A DNA stretch of 61,640 nucleotides from a virus (Duplodnaviria; Caudoviricetes): positions 1 through 61,640 of IMG/VR virus record IMGVR_UViG_3300002703_000110, one strand, 5' to 3'. A model generated the notes under the pieces. The model did not search any database and had not been told where the DNA came from. It worked only from the letters and a program-made list of their open reading frames with translations. The position numbers and the translations under genes were made by a program. Positions within the stretch are counted from its first letter, which is position 1, and each line of letters starts with the position of its first letter. This document shows, piece after piece, positions 1 through 10,808 of the stretch.

Positions 1-210
1 AACTTCTTTAAGTTTTGATTCTGGAATATTTTTCTCTACAATATACCAACAACCATCCCTTGAAACACCACATTCATAATAATTACAATCTGCTACATAA
101 CAAGTATCCACAATAATATTATCAAATTCATCATTAAATCGTGGATGTTCTTCTCTCTCTTTTTTCATTGTTTCGGCATTCGTTAATGCCCAAATATCAG
201 ACGACTTCAT
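1..210 (-). CDS. Hypothetical protein, runs off the window start (probably continues at the window end)
   Basis: Manually translated from ATG at 210: MKSSDIWALT...NIPESKLKEV, open to base 1. Confidence 0.6.
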   Translation of the reverse strand, partial: MKSSDIWALTNAETMKKEREEHPRFNDEFDNIIVDTCYVADCNYYECGVSRDGCWYIVEKNIPESKLKEV

Positions 211-565
211 TTGTAATTACCTCCGTATATAAATGTTTCCAATTTGGTATTTTGTGATATTCACCCAAACAAATCGATTTATTACGTAAACGTTCAATTA
301 ATAAATCTTCATAGCGCTGAATGCGTTCAGAGCCCACAGAACAAACAAATCCAAAATCACATGGGCATTGAGAAGAACATGCAGTACACTGACAAACTAT
401 TCTATAGAGCAAAACCATATAAATCACTTTTCCTTTATAAGTTCTTTCTGTCTTTTCTGAATACGTTTGAGAACATTAAGTTTCTTTTCGAGTGGTGCCT
501 CTTCTAAAAAATATTGGGTTTGTTCATCCACAAGTTTATTAAGTTTTAAATCTTTTAATGGCATA

Positions 566-808
566 TTAATCATCTTTTATAAGTGCGTCAATCTCGTCTT
601 TATCAATCACATAATATTCAAAACCATCAGGACGGCAATGTGTTGATTTATTTTCAAAAAGATATTTAACTACCTCTTTTTGTGCTTCTTTATATATATT
701 AATATCATGTGTTTTTAACCAATTCGTGTTTATACCAATATAGTTCATTTTATTCACCCATTTATCATAAACTTCTTTAAGTTTTGAATCTTTTAATGGT
801 ATAATCAT
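566..808 (-). CDS. Hypothetical protein
   Basis: 80-aa ORF in the minus-strand gene run; shares SKLKEVYDKWVNKM with the end-spanning ORF. Confidence 0.55.
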   Translation of the reverse strand: MIIPLKDSKLKEVYDKWVNKMNYIGINTNWLKTHDINIYKEAQKEVVKYLFENKSTHCRPDGFEYYVIDKDEIDALIKDD

Positions 809-925
809 TCTTCATTATAAATAATATCATCGTGGTATCCATAATCACACCAAAATTCATATCCATAATCAGTTCTACTTATTTCAACATAATCATCACA
901 CACTGGACAATTCATTGTTCGCCTC

Positions 926-1240
926 CTACTTGCTGATCCGAAGGGATTCAAACAAACAAGTTGATTTATGACCATCTACTTTTGCATTAAAACAAAATGG
1001 ACATGCTTTTGTAAACACACCCCAAGAATCCTCATAGTCGGTATGACTTCCAGACCACTCAAAAGGTTCAAAGAGTTTTAGTACCTTCTCCCGCTCCTCT
1101 GCCTTGGCCTTCGCTGCTACTGCGGCATCGCGGTTGTTTTTCCAACATTCTTTTTCGGTGCAATAGTTACACAAACATTCTCCATAATCCGGTTCCACCG
1201 GCCCTGGCTGCGGTGTCATGGGGCATAACCTCGCGGGCAT
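926..1240 (-). CDS. Hypothetical Cys-containing protein
   Basis: 104-aa ORF in a more GC-rich patch; shares REKVLK...ESLR with 1530..1817. Confidence 0.55.
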   Translation of the reverse strand: MPARLCPMTPQPGPVEPDYGECLCNYCTEKECWKNNRDAAVAAKAKAEEREKVLKLFEPFEWSGSHTDYEDSWGVFTKACPFCFNAKVDGHKSTCLFESLRISK

Positions 1241-1539
1241 TTCCTATCTGGAATGTTAATCTCACAGTATGTCAATGACCACCAATCATTGGATTTCAAC
1301 GCCTTACACACATGACCACCGGGTATCATAAAAGAAGACCCATCACAACGATCAGGACAATCTAAGAACGTCAGAGGTATGCTCCGAAGTTCTGGCACTA
1401 TGGGGCGGTTGCATTGCCGGCGGTCTCGGGAAGGAGTAATGTACGAGAGTGAGTGATCGGGCATCGGGTGTTTCTTCTTTGTCAGTTCTTTCATTTCTCG
1501 CTCTCTTCTCATGCTTCCAATTATAGGATTCATCGCCAC
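1216..1539 (-). CDS. Hypothetical Cys-rich protein
   Basis: 107-aa ORF overlapping both neighbours in operon fashion. Confidence 0.5.
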   Translation of the reverse strand: MAMNPIIGSMRREREMKELTKKKHPMPDHSLSYITPSRDRRQCNRPIVPELRSIPLTFLDCPDRCDGSSFMIPGGHVCKALKSNDWWSLTYCEINIPDRKCPRGYAP

Positions 1540-1817
1540 GCCTCACGGAGGGATTCGTCAATTATGTTACAACACTCAAGCAAACCCGAATTTCTACCGT
1601 TCGACCACTGATTTGTTGATGATATAAAACGGGATTCGAGATCCGTTTTGAGTTCCTTCAGCACCTTCTCCCGGGCTTTGGGATGGGAGAGGCAACCGTA
1701 ATTCCTAGAATGTGACCACGCCGCATTATTACAACCATATTCGTTAATATCTGCCTTTGAAGGATGGTAATAACAATCGGAGTTCGTGCACGTCTCACAC
1801 GAGCAGGGGTGCGTCAT
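1530..1817 (-). CDS. Hypothetical Cys-rich protein
   Basis: 95 aa, CSCETC...C; upstream GAGGGGG RBS-like sequence. Confidence 0.55.
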   Translation of the reverse strand: MTHPCSCETCTNSDCYYHPSKADINEYGCNNAAWSHSRNYGCLSHPKAREKVLKELKTDLESRFISSTNQWSNGRNSGLLECCNIIDESLREAWR

Positions 1818-1934
1818 TGAAACCCCCTCTTGTGTAATTCAATACCAAGAATTATCCCGCCGCTAAAGATTACGATTCCGATAAGTATTGCTTCTACCAT
1901 CACTCACCACTCTCCTGATTATTAACAACAATAC

Positions 1935-2150
1935 TCATTTTAATCCCTCAAATTTCTGTAACCATTCCAAAAATTCATCATCTTCTACATAAAAAAAATC
2001 TTTCGGCACTGGTCTTTTCTTATCAACACAAAATTGAGAATAAAGATTATAAGTCAACTGACCAAATCTCATATCTGGATGCTTTGCCCAAATAAGATAA
2101 ATAGCGCCCAAAATTTGTCGTATTCGTTGTGGATTACGCATAATCACCAA
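1935..2150 (-). CDS. YihD/DUF1040-like small protein
   Basis: MRNPxRI...IW.KHPDMRFGQL...FYVEDD pattern of this common phage family. Confidence 0.6.
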   Translation of the reverse strand: MVIMRNPQRIRQILGAIYLIWAKHPDMRFGQLTYNLYSQFCVDKKRPVPKDFFYVEDDEFLEWLQKFEGLK

Positions 2151-2709
2151 CTCTCTTCTGTGTATAATGCTTTTTTAATACCTGTTTAATACTTTTAATT
2201 CGTTCAGTGTGCGTTCCTGAAATTATATATAATGGAATCCCATAAATATCACACCAGATTGGAACCATCTGTGTTAAATAAGTATAAACCCATTCTTGCA
2301 TATCTTCATCCATTTCCCGAATGCCATTATCTTCAAGTTCAAAATAATCATCAATGAAAATAACAGCATCATATGGCTTATTAATCATATGTCTATTAAA
2401 ATAAGACATATATTCATCATATGCATCAATAAATAATTTCTTGGACGGTGCATTACGATAATGATATGTAAAATATGCAAGATTATCCATAACAGAACGA
2501 TCAGAAATAAAATTTGTATATTTCTCTTCGGTCTGAATTTGCTTTTTGATAATTTTAATTTGTGTTGACAGTTGTTTGCGTTCAGTTTTTGTAAATCCAC
2601 CAGCAATTTCAAGAATTATATCATGATTCTTAAATATTTTATGCTTATGAATATCATTTATTAATGTAGTTTTTCCACAATTACTAGTCCCAATTAGTGC
2701 TACCCTCAT
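2134..2709 (-). CDS. P-loop kinase (AAA_28/NadR-like, possibly nucleotide kinase)
   Basis: Walker A GTSNCGKTT, FISDRS motif, DNGIR lid. Confidence 0.7.
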   Translation of the reverse strand: MRVALIGTSNCGKTTLINDIHKHKIFKNHDIILEIAGGFTKTERKQLSTQIKIIKKQIQTEEKYTNFISDRSVMDNLAYFTYHYRNAPSKKLFIDAYDEYMSYFNRHMINKPYDAVIFIDDYFELEDNGIREMDEDMQEWVYTYLTQMVPIWCDIYGIPLYIISGTHTERIKSIKQVLKKHYTQKRVGDYA

Positions 2710-2863
2710 TTAAATCACCAGTGCAACAAATACAAGTAATATACTTAACAAAACAACAAATAAAAAAATACCAACCATACCGCCCAAATCTTTTTTATAA
2801 CAAATAAAACTTTGAAATATACGTGGCATTAATAAAAATCCTTCTTTTAAACCATCAAAAAAT

Positions 2864-3172
2864 TCACTTTTCATTTTTCTCATTATCCTTTATTTTGTTA
2901 TTTCTGCCTTGCCGTAGTTTCTCAATATGTTCTGGCTTCAATACGCGACGCGGTGCTTTGTTTTTATTATAAGGCATAAAAGGATGTAATGGACATTCTT
3001 TGCACCCACAATCCCCCGCACCATCATCATATTCAGACATACATATATAACAATATGCCTTAATCGCCGCAGATGCAGGGATTTTATTACCTTTCTTAAA
3101 TTCAAGATATTCTTTGCGTCCCTGATGGCGTTTACCGCGTCCAATTTCTGGCTCACTTTTCTTCGGTGGCAT
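2864..3172 (-). CDS. Zn-binding hypothetical protein
   Basis: AIKAYCYICM...C...CPLHPF motif seen in many viral proteins. Confidence 0.55.
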   Translation of the reverse strand: MPPKKSEPEIGRGKRHQGRKEYLEFKKGNKIPASAAIKAYCYICMSEYDDGAGDCGCKECPLHPFMPYNKNKAPRRVLKPEHIEKLRQGRNNKIKDNEKNEK

Positions 3173-3422
3173 TGTGTTTCCTCTGTGTTGTTTTATGTCT
3201 AAAAAGATTAATCATCTGTGTTGCTAAAAATTCTGCTGGGCACCCACAACGGTGCCAAGTAAATCCAAGATTAATACATTCACCGTCTTCATCTTCTCTA
3301 TAATCATACGCCATTAATTTATATTTATTTACACTTAATGGATCTGTAGAACCCTCAACACGCTGCGCGGATAAAACAACAAGTGGCGTATTATTTATCT
3401 GAATTTTTATAATAAGTGACAT
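3153..3422 (-). CDS. Hypothetical protein
   Basis: 89-aa ORF in operon context. Confidence 0.5.
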   Translation of the reverse strand: MSLIIKIQINNTPLVVLSAQRVEGSTDPLSVNKYKLMAYDYREDEDGECINLGFTWHRCGCPAEFLATQMINLFRHKTTQRKHNATEEK

Positions 3423-3737
3423 TATGCACCAAATATTTTATCCTGACATTTCTGGCACAGACCACCAACTCTATATTCTCTGTATGATAATTCATCTCTA
3501 AATTCGCCAACTTTACATTTACAAAGAGGGCAGCGGCCTTCATTTATAAGTTTCATAGCAGCAAAAAATTCTTTTGTCATAATATTACCTCAAAATTAAT
3601 GAGAATATAATGCCAAACATTAACCCACCAACAAAACAAAGAATACGATGTAACCATATCCATTCATTTGAAACAATATAAGAATTTTTAGATGATTGAT
3701 CTCCATCCTGATATGGAACTACTTCTAATTCAATCAT

Positions 3738-5009
3738 TTAAGATGCCTCCTCAATGTCTACAACGCCAGTGTCCTTAATTATACCTTCAAGAACCTTAAA
3801 TTCAAATGACTTGTGTTTATATGCTTCCCATTTTGACCCATCTATACGAACAACAACACCTTCCCTAATATGTTTTGGAGTGAGTGTCGAAGCACCATTA
3901 GCACAACGCTCTACGAATGCAATTGCATCATCTGGATTATCTACAATCATTGTCGAAAGAACTGGAATAAATGAAACTTCAAGTTCTTTACAGCGTTTGA
4001 TAATATGTTCCGTGGTATAGTCTATTTCAACGCCATCTTCATTGGTCATTGTAATTCTATAAACATACACACCGCACAGCCCTTCTGGATAACCATAATT
4101 AAATACTGTTTCTTCGCCGTATTGTTTTACAAATGCTTTATCTTTCAGTTTAAGATTATTTACCGCTGGCATAATACTACCAGAAGGTGTATAACCAACA
4201 ATTTCATAATAAACAGTTTCACCTTTATGAAGTTTATTTTCAAAATACATATGCGCGTGTGCACGAATTACTTCATCTGCACCATACCACCCGTCGATGC
4301 GCTCAAAATTTTTAATTACCACACGGCGGGAACCTGCAACATATTTCCACTCCTTTTTTGGGGAAATAATCTCACGTTTGAAAAGTCCATTTATAAAAGA
4401 ACTAATCCAAGACTGTGATACTGATAATGTATAAGCAGACCTACCAGATGTGCCATGAAGTTTTTCTGTAATTACAAGCACATTGCCTTGCCTGATACGA
4501 TTTTTATTATATACAAGTTGTTCCGTATCAATATGTCTATGGAAGCATGGAAATTTCACTTTGGGCTGTGCTTTCTTCTTCTGTCCAGCATATTCTTTGG
4601 TTTTTGTAGTAATATACTTTTCACAAATTTTATGCCCGCTGATCTCTGTAAATTGTGTGCCGTTGGTTAGAGTTGTAAAATCAACATTAGTATATGTTAG
4701 ATATGTTAGTGGACAATAAAACCCATCACTTTTTTCTTTTCTAAATTTTTGCGTTCTTACATGGCCTTTTTCATCAAAAAATCCACCACTTCTGTTGCCA
4801 TTTTCGTCAATCTTCCCAATCAAATTATTTGATTCCATAAATTCTATTGAAAGCCGACCACCCGTTGGAAAATAAATTCCAAGTTCATCTTCTTTTGTAT
4901 CAAGCCCGACAACTACTTGATTTCCAAAACATTCACCAAGAAGAAGCCTGTCTGCATCTGGATGTTTTCTCACATTTCTAATTCTAGTAATATATGCATT
5001 ATACGTCAT
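3738..5009 (-). CDS. RNA ligase, DRB0094/Rnl5-like with N-terminal OB-like domain
   Basis: HPDADRL N-terminal motif; nucleotidyltransferase motifs TEKLHGT, YYEIVG, REGVVVR, YKHKS. Confidence 0.85.
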   Translation of the reverse strand: MTYNAYITRIRNVRKHPDADRLLLGECFGNQVVVGLDTKEDELGIYFPTGGRLSIEFMESNNLIGKIDENGNRSGGFFDEKGHVRTQKFRKEKSDGFYCPLTYLTYTNVDFTTLTNGTQFTEISGHKICEKYITTKTKEYAGQKKKAQPKVKFPCFHRHIDTEQLVYNKNRIRQGNVLVITEKLHGTSGRSAYTLSVSQSWISSFINGLFKREIISPKKEWKYVAGSRRVVIKNFERIDGWYGADEVIRAHAHMYFENKLHKGETVYYEIVGYTPSGSIMPAVNNLKLKDKAFVKQYGEETVFNYGYPEGLCGVYVYRITMTNEDGVEIDYTTEHIIKRCKELEVSFIPVLSTMIVDNPDDAIAFVERCANGASTLTPKHIREGVVVRIDGSKWEAYKHKSFEFKVLEGIIKDTGVVDIEEAS

Positions 5010-5239
5010 TAAATTTCACCTGAAAAACTATATAGGTTCAACCCCAAAAATAGTTTAAAAATTTATTTAGGATTTGTATTTTCACAAGCCTTTTCTAAAT
5101 CTATAAAGCCCTCTGAAATTTTAATAAGTGCTGCTAGGCGCTCATGACTATTTTTATAATTAACCGCTTCAAAGCCTTTTGTCAAAATATAATTTTTTAT
5201 AATACAAAGTTCATCATCGTCATTCATTTTAATACCTCT

Positions 5240-5587
5240 TTAAATATAAATCCTTTCAATATTAATTGTCTCACCAGAGAACCAGAATCGCCACTTATTA
5301 ATAAACTCCTTTTTTTCTTTGCGCTTCACACAATTAAAATCATCAACATAATCATAATTTATAACTTGAAACTGCACCTCACCCTGAAGTCTATTTAGTT
5401 TATTCATAAATTTATGTTCATGAATTAAATAGCCATCCTCGCGTTTAAAATATTTATTTATAATAGATTTACCACCATCAGTTTTCACTTCGTGGATAAC
5501 ACGGGTATAAAGTGTGCCGTTAATACGAACCTCTTTAATACCAGAAATTTCAAATGTCATGTTACGAAACTTCATATCAATCACCAA
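5240..5587 (-). CDS. Hypothetical protein
   Basis: 115-aa ORF with GGTGA RBS. Confidence 0.5.
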   Translation of the reverse strand: MVIDMKFRNMTFEISGIKEVRINGTLYTRVIHEVKTDGGKSIINKYFKREDGYLIHEHKFMNKLNRLQGEVQFQVINYDYVDDFNCVKRKEKKEFINKWRFWFSGETINIERIYI

Positions 5588-5769
5588 CTTTTCGGAATCA
5601 AAAGAATAATCAAAAGTGCAATAAATAATTTTGAATTTTCATTAATTGAATATAAATCAAACCGCGTGCTTACAATATCACCAACTGTAAGACTCACAAT
5701 TATACACAATGCAGCATAAATAGCAACAAAAATAATTGCTATAACTCCAGCAACAACATCACTCTTCAT
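5581..5769 (-). CDS. Small membrane protein
   Basis: 62 aa with two hydrophobic segments. Confidence 0.5.
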   Translation of the reverse strand: MKSDVVAGVIAIIFVAIYAALCIIVSLTVGDIVSTRFDLYSINENSKLFIALLIILLIPKSW

Positions 5770-5938
5770 TATTCACATCCATAAATTTACAACCACATGT
5801 ATCGATCACGGCGAAAATTGTTGTTTCAAGCATGTCAGTTGGGATTCTACCAAAGGATGGGTTTTTGGTCACCTCAGGCTTAAAAATTGGACAATCTCCG
5901 CGCTTTACAGTATTACACTTACTACAAGTATATCTCAT

Positions 5939-6334
5939 TTAAATCAACTCCATCATCTGTTTATTCATTTTATCACATATTCCAATATATTTGTTTGTTC
6001 TAGGAACATTTTTAAATGTTACAGTCATTCCTGCGTTTTTTACTATTTCTTTTGCGGTGGAATATATTTCTTTTAATACAGCATCTTTAACTGCATATTC
6101 TCCATTCATTTGCTTAACAACAATTTCAGAATCAGAAAACAATGTGCATTTCCGTGAAACATTCATTATTGCCATAACAACAGCCATATATTCAGCCTGA
6201 TTATTAGTAAGACCATTTTTTATTAATGGAAAAGAATGAATATATTGAAGACACCCCCCATCAACCACTAAAAAGGTTGCCGCACCCTTTCCAGTTCCAA
6301 CCCTGCATCCACCATCAGTATAAACTTCAAGCAA
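5939..6334 (-). CDS. rnhA: Ribonuclease HI (archaeal/RVT_3 type)
   Basis: YTDGG, TNNQAEY, FSDSEIVVKQMNGEYAVK, VPRT.N...CD motifs. Confidence 0.9.
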   Translation of the reverse strand: MLEVYTDGGCRVGTGKGAATFLVVDGGCLQYIHSFPLIKNGLTNNQAEYMAVVMAIMNVSRKCTLFSDSEIVVKQMNGEYAVKDAVLKEIYSTAKEIVKNAGMTVTFKNVPRTNKYIGICDKMNKQMMELI

Positions 6335-6564
6335 ACCTATCGCCCGCTGTTCGTATTTTAATCATTCGTTCTTTCTCATCACTGTTTGCCACAATCGCAG
6401 CATAATCATTCAAAATTTTCTGAATATTATCACCGCCAAATGCCAAACACATAGCAATAATCCGTGCAGATTCTTTGTATAATACACCGTTAACATCGCT
6501 GTTGTTCCGATACTTTTCTTCAAATTTCATTACTTTTTCCATTGTTGTATTTTCTATTGTCATT

Positions 6565-6930
6565 TTACACCTCAAATGTGGCAATCGGGGTAGGAATGCT
6601 CGAAATATAATCTTTTACAATTTTACAGTGTTTTACCAGCACATTTTTGAAATATGCAAAGTTTACAGGGTAATGATCTTTGTTCGATAATTTTACAGTA
6701 TGTGATTTTCCGTTCAATGTAAATGTAATATCATACGTAAACAATGAACCACCCTGATATACAAGTTCAGCATTAAATAGATTTTTTAAAATAATATATG
6801 AGATAATGGCATGACCATAAATTATATCACCATTAACCAAAGACCTTGTAGATACTTCGGTTACAAGTTCATCACCAACCACTACTTCAAAATCATACAC
6901 CGAATTATACCTAAAAACTTCAATCTTCAT
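6565..6930 (-). CDS. Hypothetical protein
   Basis: 121-aa ORF with GGTGA RBS. Confidence 0.5.
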   Translation of the reverse strand: MKIEVFRYNSVYDFEVVVGDELVTEVSTRSLVNGDIIYGHAIISYIILKNLFNAELVYQGGSLFTYDITFTLNGKSHTVKLSNKDHYPVNFAYFKNVLVKHCKIVKDYISSIPTPIATFEV

Positions 6931-7591
6931 AAATTCACCTTATTTTTAATAGTTTCACAATACATCTTCATCATTATGTGATTTTCATAAACCATACCAA
7001 GAGTTATAATATCATTACTACAATAATATGTTAAAGCATCTCTTAACCTCACACATTCAACACACTGGTCTTCAATCATCTAAATCCCTTATATATTTCT
7101 GCAAAGCATTCAAATATATTTTTTTTCTGAAAAAATCATTCACTTCAGAAAAAATATACTCCAGCGGAAAAGATCCAAATAATTTTTCAATACTCTGTCT
7201 GAAAGTTTCCTCATTTACATATTTATTTTCATAATATTTATAATCAGAAAATAACTGCGTTTCAAATGTTGTCAGTTCTCCATGTTCAATCCCACTAACA
7301 ATATCATCAATTTCTGATTGTAATTCATGTGCTTTCTGTATTAGAAAGTCTTTTATTTCTTGAATGTTGTCTTCCATATTCAATTCCAACCCCCGATAAT
7401 TTAAATCTTGTAGGAACACCATTAATTGATTTATCAGTAATTATCATCTCTTGCTTGAGAAGACTTTTAAGAGTTGCGATATTAATTTTTTTTGCCCTGA
7501 CATACCATAGTTGTTGTTGCTCGCCACCATTCTCTTCAAATAATTTGATAATTATGCTATGTTGTATTGGTGTCATAATTATGTATTTGTT

Positions 7592-7957
7592 TTATTGGTT
7601 TAAATATGTTTCTCTTTGTGATGCCAAATAGTCATTAAAACTCTTCATGCTGTATTTTATTTTTAATTCATCACATAAATATATTACAAAACAATTATCG
7701 CCCGCTTGGATAATAGCTGCATGTGCGTATTTACAAGCAAATTCTTCGAGTATTTCAAGATATTCTTCGTCGTTAATGTAAATTTTATCATCTGGTATAT
7801 TAAATTTAGCATGTTGGGCTGCTTTTCGTATAAGTATATATAAACACCCCAAATTTTTATCATACAAACTACATTTTATACAACTGCGTTTTGATACGCA
7901 CAATGGATAATATTTTAATAAAATTTTTATATCATTGTGAAGCATAATCATCACCAA
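7592..7957 (-). CDS. Cys-rich hypothetical protein
   Basis: C-x5-C-x2-C-x8-C motif. Confidence 0.55.
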   Translation of the reverse strand: MVMIMLHNDIKILLKYYPLCVSKRSCIKCSLYDKNLGCLYILIRKAAQHAKFNIPDDKIYINDEEYLEILEEFACKYAHAAIIQAGDNCFVIYLCDELKIKYSMKSFNDYLASQRETYLNQ

Positions 7958-8324
7958 TATATTTTACATCCAAAAATTTTTTTAACTTTGGTAATATACA
8001 TTTTTTATTACGATAAAATGGACAACCCACACAAATTTTATATTCACATTTAACATCAATGAGTGTTAAAATATTATAAAATACTTCATAATTTTCATGA
8101 AAATTAATATCAGAGTGACGACTATGATTTTCAATTAAAATTTCTCTAATGCTAATACGCAAACAAAAATTTGAAACTTCATATTTATTCATTATACATT
8201 TGTAACACTGATCACCAGCAGATTGACATATATCAACAACTTGTGATTTTAATATATTAAAATGTTCTTCAATTTGTGCACTATTTTTCAGTATTATCAT
8301 ATTTCTTGTTCCACTCCTTAACAT
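7932..8324 (-). CDS. Cys-rich hypothetical protein (two Cys clusters)
   Basis: CQSAGDQCYKC...C and CEYKICVGC...C. Confidence 0.55.
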   Translation of the reverse strand: MLRSGTRNMIILKNSAQIEEHFNILKSQVVDICQSAGDQCYKCIMNKYEVSNFCLRISIREILIENHSRHSDINFHENYEVFYNILTLIDVKCEYKICVGCPFYRNKKCILPKLKKFLDVKYIGDDYASQ

Positions 8325-9147
8325 TTTTCATATACTCAATTGGCTCTGTGCAATTAATAGTATTAAAAGAGGGAAAAACAAAAGTCTTCTTATGAATTTT
8401 ATATAAAAGTTCTATATGATCGTCTGTTGGTCTGCCATACCCATATCCCCAATCACTACTAACGGGGAGTGTTTCAAGAACTTTGAAATAAAATCTTCGC
8501 AGCATACTTGAATGAATGAGTGGAAATGCAATGCGCTTTATAGAAATTGGCTCCGTGCTGTCTTTAATTTTGGTGATATAAAGTGTCTGTTCATTATAAT
8601 TTTTTGCCAATTCTGCAACATGTAAATTACACCTGTAACCAGCCATTTCCAACTGATTAATATAATTTACAATTACAACACCACGGCGATTAATTTCTGC
8701 CTGTGAAGTTCCACAACTTGCAGAGCAATTGGATACAATGTCAACAATTTTAAATTTCTTTGGATGCATCTCGGCATTATGCATTGTATCAGGTCTACCA
8801 ACTAAAAGGTGGGGAATACATGGGGTAAATCCAACAAGATCAGTGCGGGGAGTAAAGCGCCGATTCTGAATTTCTTCATCGACATCACGATCACGAAGGT
8901 TTTCTGCCAATTTCTTAAAACCCTCTTCCCACCCATCAGTTATAAGTTTTTCAGCATCTTCATAAGTTCTAGTGCCATACCAAGACTTATCATTTGTGCA
9001 CTGTGAACTACTATACGAAGCCATAGACGATGAATTTGGAGTATTTTTACAATACCGCACAAGTTCAACAATATTGTCAAATTTTACAAAAAATGTTTTC
9101 TTATCTTTCTCTTCGACCCAAATTTTCATTTTTCTATCTCCTAGCAA
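8281..9147 (-). CDS. vWA-like partner of MoxR AAA+ ATPase
   Basis: NCSAS degenerate MIDAS-like motif, HSSMLRR, GYG; lies just downstream of the AAA+ gene. Confidence 0.65.
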   Translation of the reverse strand: MLGDRKMKIWVEEKDKKTFFVKFDNIVELVRYCKNTPNSSSMASYSSSQCTNDKSWYGTRTYEDAEKLITDGWEEGFKKLAENLRDRDVDEEIQNRRFTPRTDLVGFTPCIPHLLVGRPDTMHNAEMHPKKFKIVDIVSNCSASCGTSQAEINRRGVVIVNYINQLEMAGYRCNLHVAELAKNYNEQTLYITKIKDSTEPISIKRIAFPLIHSSMLRRFYFKVLETLPVSSDWGYGYGRPTDDHIELLYKIHKKTFVFPSFNTINCTEPIEYMKNVKEWNKKYDNTEK

Positions 9148-9410
9148 ACATCTTGCCGTTCTTCTTCAACAATTGCCTGTGTTAGTTCATACACAACAAT
9201 CTCGCAGCCGGAATAATATTCTGGTGTTTTATCTATATAAATATATTTCTTGGTTTCAAAATCATATTTACAACGGTCTTTAAATTGATTAAGATGATTT
9301 TTAAAGTGTCCAATTTGATTCCATGTTTTGCCCGTTTTACTCCATTTAGGCACCATGCCACCTGTAGAAAAAAGCCCATCGGATTTTCTGCGAATTTTAT
9401 AAATTTTCAT
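9141..9410 (-). CDS. Hypothetical protein
   Basis: GLFSTGG..PKWSKTGKTW pattern typical of small phage proteins. Confidence 0.55.
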   Translation of the reverse strand: MKIYKIRRKSDGLFSTGGMVPKWSKTGKTWNQIGHFKNHLNQFKDRCKYDFETKKYIYIDKTPEYYSGCEIVVYELTQAIVEEERQDVC

Positions 9411-9412
9411 AA

Positions 9413-10597
9413 TTACACCATTACTTCTGCCAGTGCTTTGAGATATTTATTATGATTATTCTCAATTTTCGGCTTAATAATATTCATATCATCAACATGC
9501 ATTCCCTTCAGAATAACATATCGCATAACATCGGCAACTGGAAGGTTTTTGACGGTATGAAGTTTTGTAATCTGATTAATGGCACGATAAGACAGAATAA
9601 TTTTAATTCCCGCCTCTTCGGTAATTTTGCGCAGGGCATGAATTGCGTCAACCAGTTCAACATCACCATTTGCGATAATGCGCTCAACCTGCTCATCATA
9701 TGTTATATCAACAACAGCAAAACGGTCAAGGCTCGCACCATCTAATTGATAACGCCCTACATATGTCTGATTAGCACCACTCCCGAAAGTATTGCCCGCC
9801 GCAATGATCCTAAACTCTGGATGCGCGTCAAATTTGCCATGTGGGAAATTAAAGTATTTATTTTCAATTGCCGCATTAAGAAGGACAAGCACCTCTGGAA
9901 TAGATGCATCAATCTCATCAAAGAAGAACAGCCCACCTTTCGTGAATGCATCAAAAAACTGCGTGGTGTGGAAGTTGCCATTCGCATCAATAAAACCAGT
10001 CACTTTGTATTCATTTGTGATTGCATTTGAGAAATAAAAATCCAAGTCAAGCGCATCGGCAATCTGTTTTACCATATGATTTTTACCACAGCCCGCTTCT
10101 CCACGAAGAAAAACAGGAACATCGGCAGTCACCATTGTTACAATATCGGGGAATTTTTCGTGGGTTATTTCTTTAATTTTCTTGGGAGATTTACCCTCTT
10201 TTTCAATTGTGATAATTCTTTTTGGAATTTCGCCAAATTCTGCCGTTAATTCGTCAACAACACGCTTTTTTGCGAGTGTAATCTGTGTTTCTGCTTCGTT
10301 GGCGATGGCTTTAATATCACCACCAACACTGTCTTTTATATCTTTTACAGATTTATTTACAAACTGTGTTACCATCTTGTTAACAATTTTTTGAACCTTT
10401 ACTTTGTCAATTTTAACTTCTGCCGTATTAGTAGACTGTTCAACAACAATGGTATCGTCATTTGTCATATCACAGTTTTCACAATAAACCTTACGTGCTG
10501 GACGATCCCATTTAACAACACTACCTCTCGCAATAGTCTTCCCGCATTTGCCACACTTCGTATCGAATTTTGAAATAATCTCAATTAAATCAGCCAT
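9413..10597 (-). CDS. MoxR/CbbQ-like AAA+ ATPase with N-terminal Zn finger
   Basis: Walker A GEAGCGKN, Walker B FFFDEID, AAGNT.G.G, LDRF; N-terminal CGKC...CENC. Confidence 0.85.
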   Translation of the reverse strand: MADLIEIISKFDTKCGKCGKTIARGSVVKWDRPARKVYCENCDMTNDDTIVVEQSTNTAEVKIDKVKVQKIVNKMVTQFVNKSVKDIKDSVGGDIKAIANEAETQITLAKKRVVDELTAEFGEIPKRIITIEKEGKSPKKIKEITHEKFPDIVTMVTADVPVFLRGEAGCGKNHMVKQIADALDLDFYFSNAITNEYKVTGFIDANGNFHTTQFFDAFTKGGLFFFDEIDASIPEVLVLLNAAIENKYFNFPHGKFDAHPEFRIIAAGNTFGSGANQTYVGRYQLDGASLDRFAVVDITYDEQVERIIANGDVELVDAIHALRKITEEAGIKIILSYRAINQITKLHTVKNLPVADVMRYVILKGMHVDDMNIIKPKIENNHNKYLKALAEVMV

Positions 10598-10808
10598 TTA
10601 AATTCCTCAAGTAACATTCCTTTTTGCTGTCAATTCAATGCCATCATATTCCATTAAAATTGCTTTTTTAATCTCTTGATTTACAGCAATTTTATAAAAT
10701 TCACTTAATTCAGTGCGAAGGTCTTGGACTGATTTTGTTCCACTTTCAACCTCTCGCTCAAGTTCATTAATTTTTTTTATAATAATTCTATCTGGTAGCC
10801 CAACAAAA

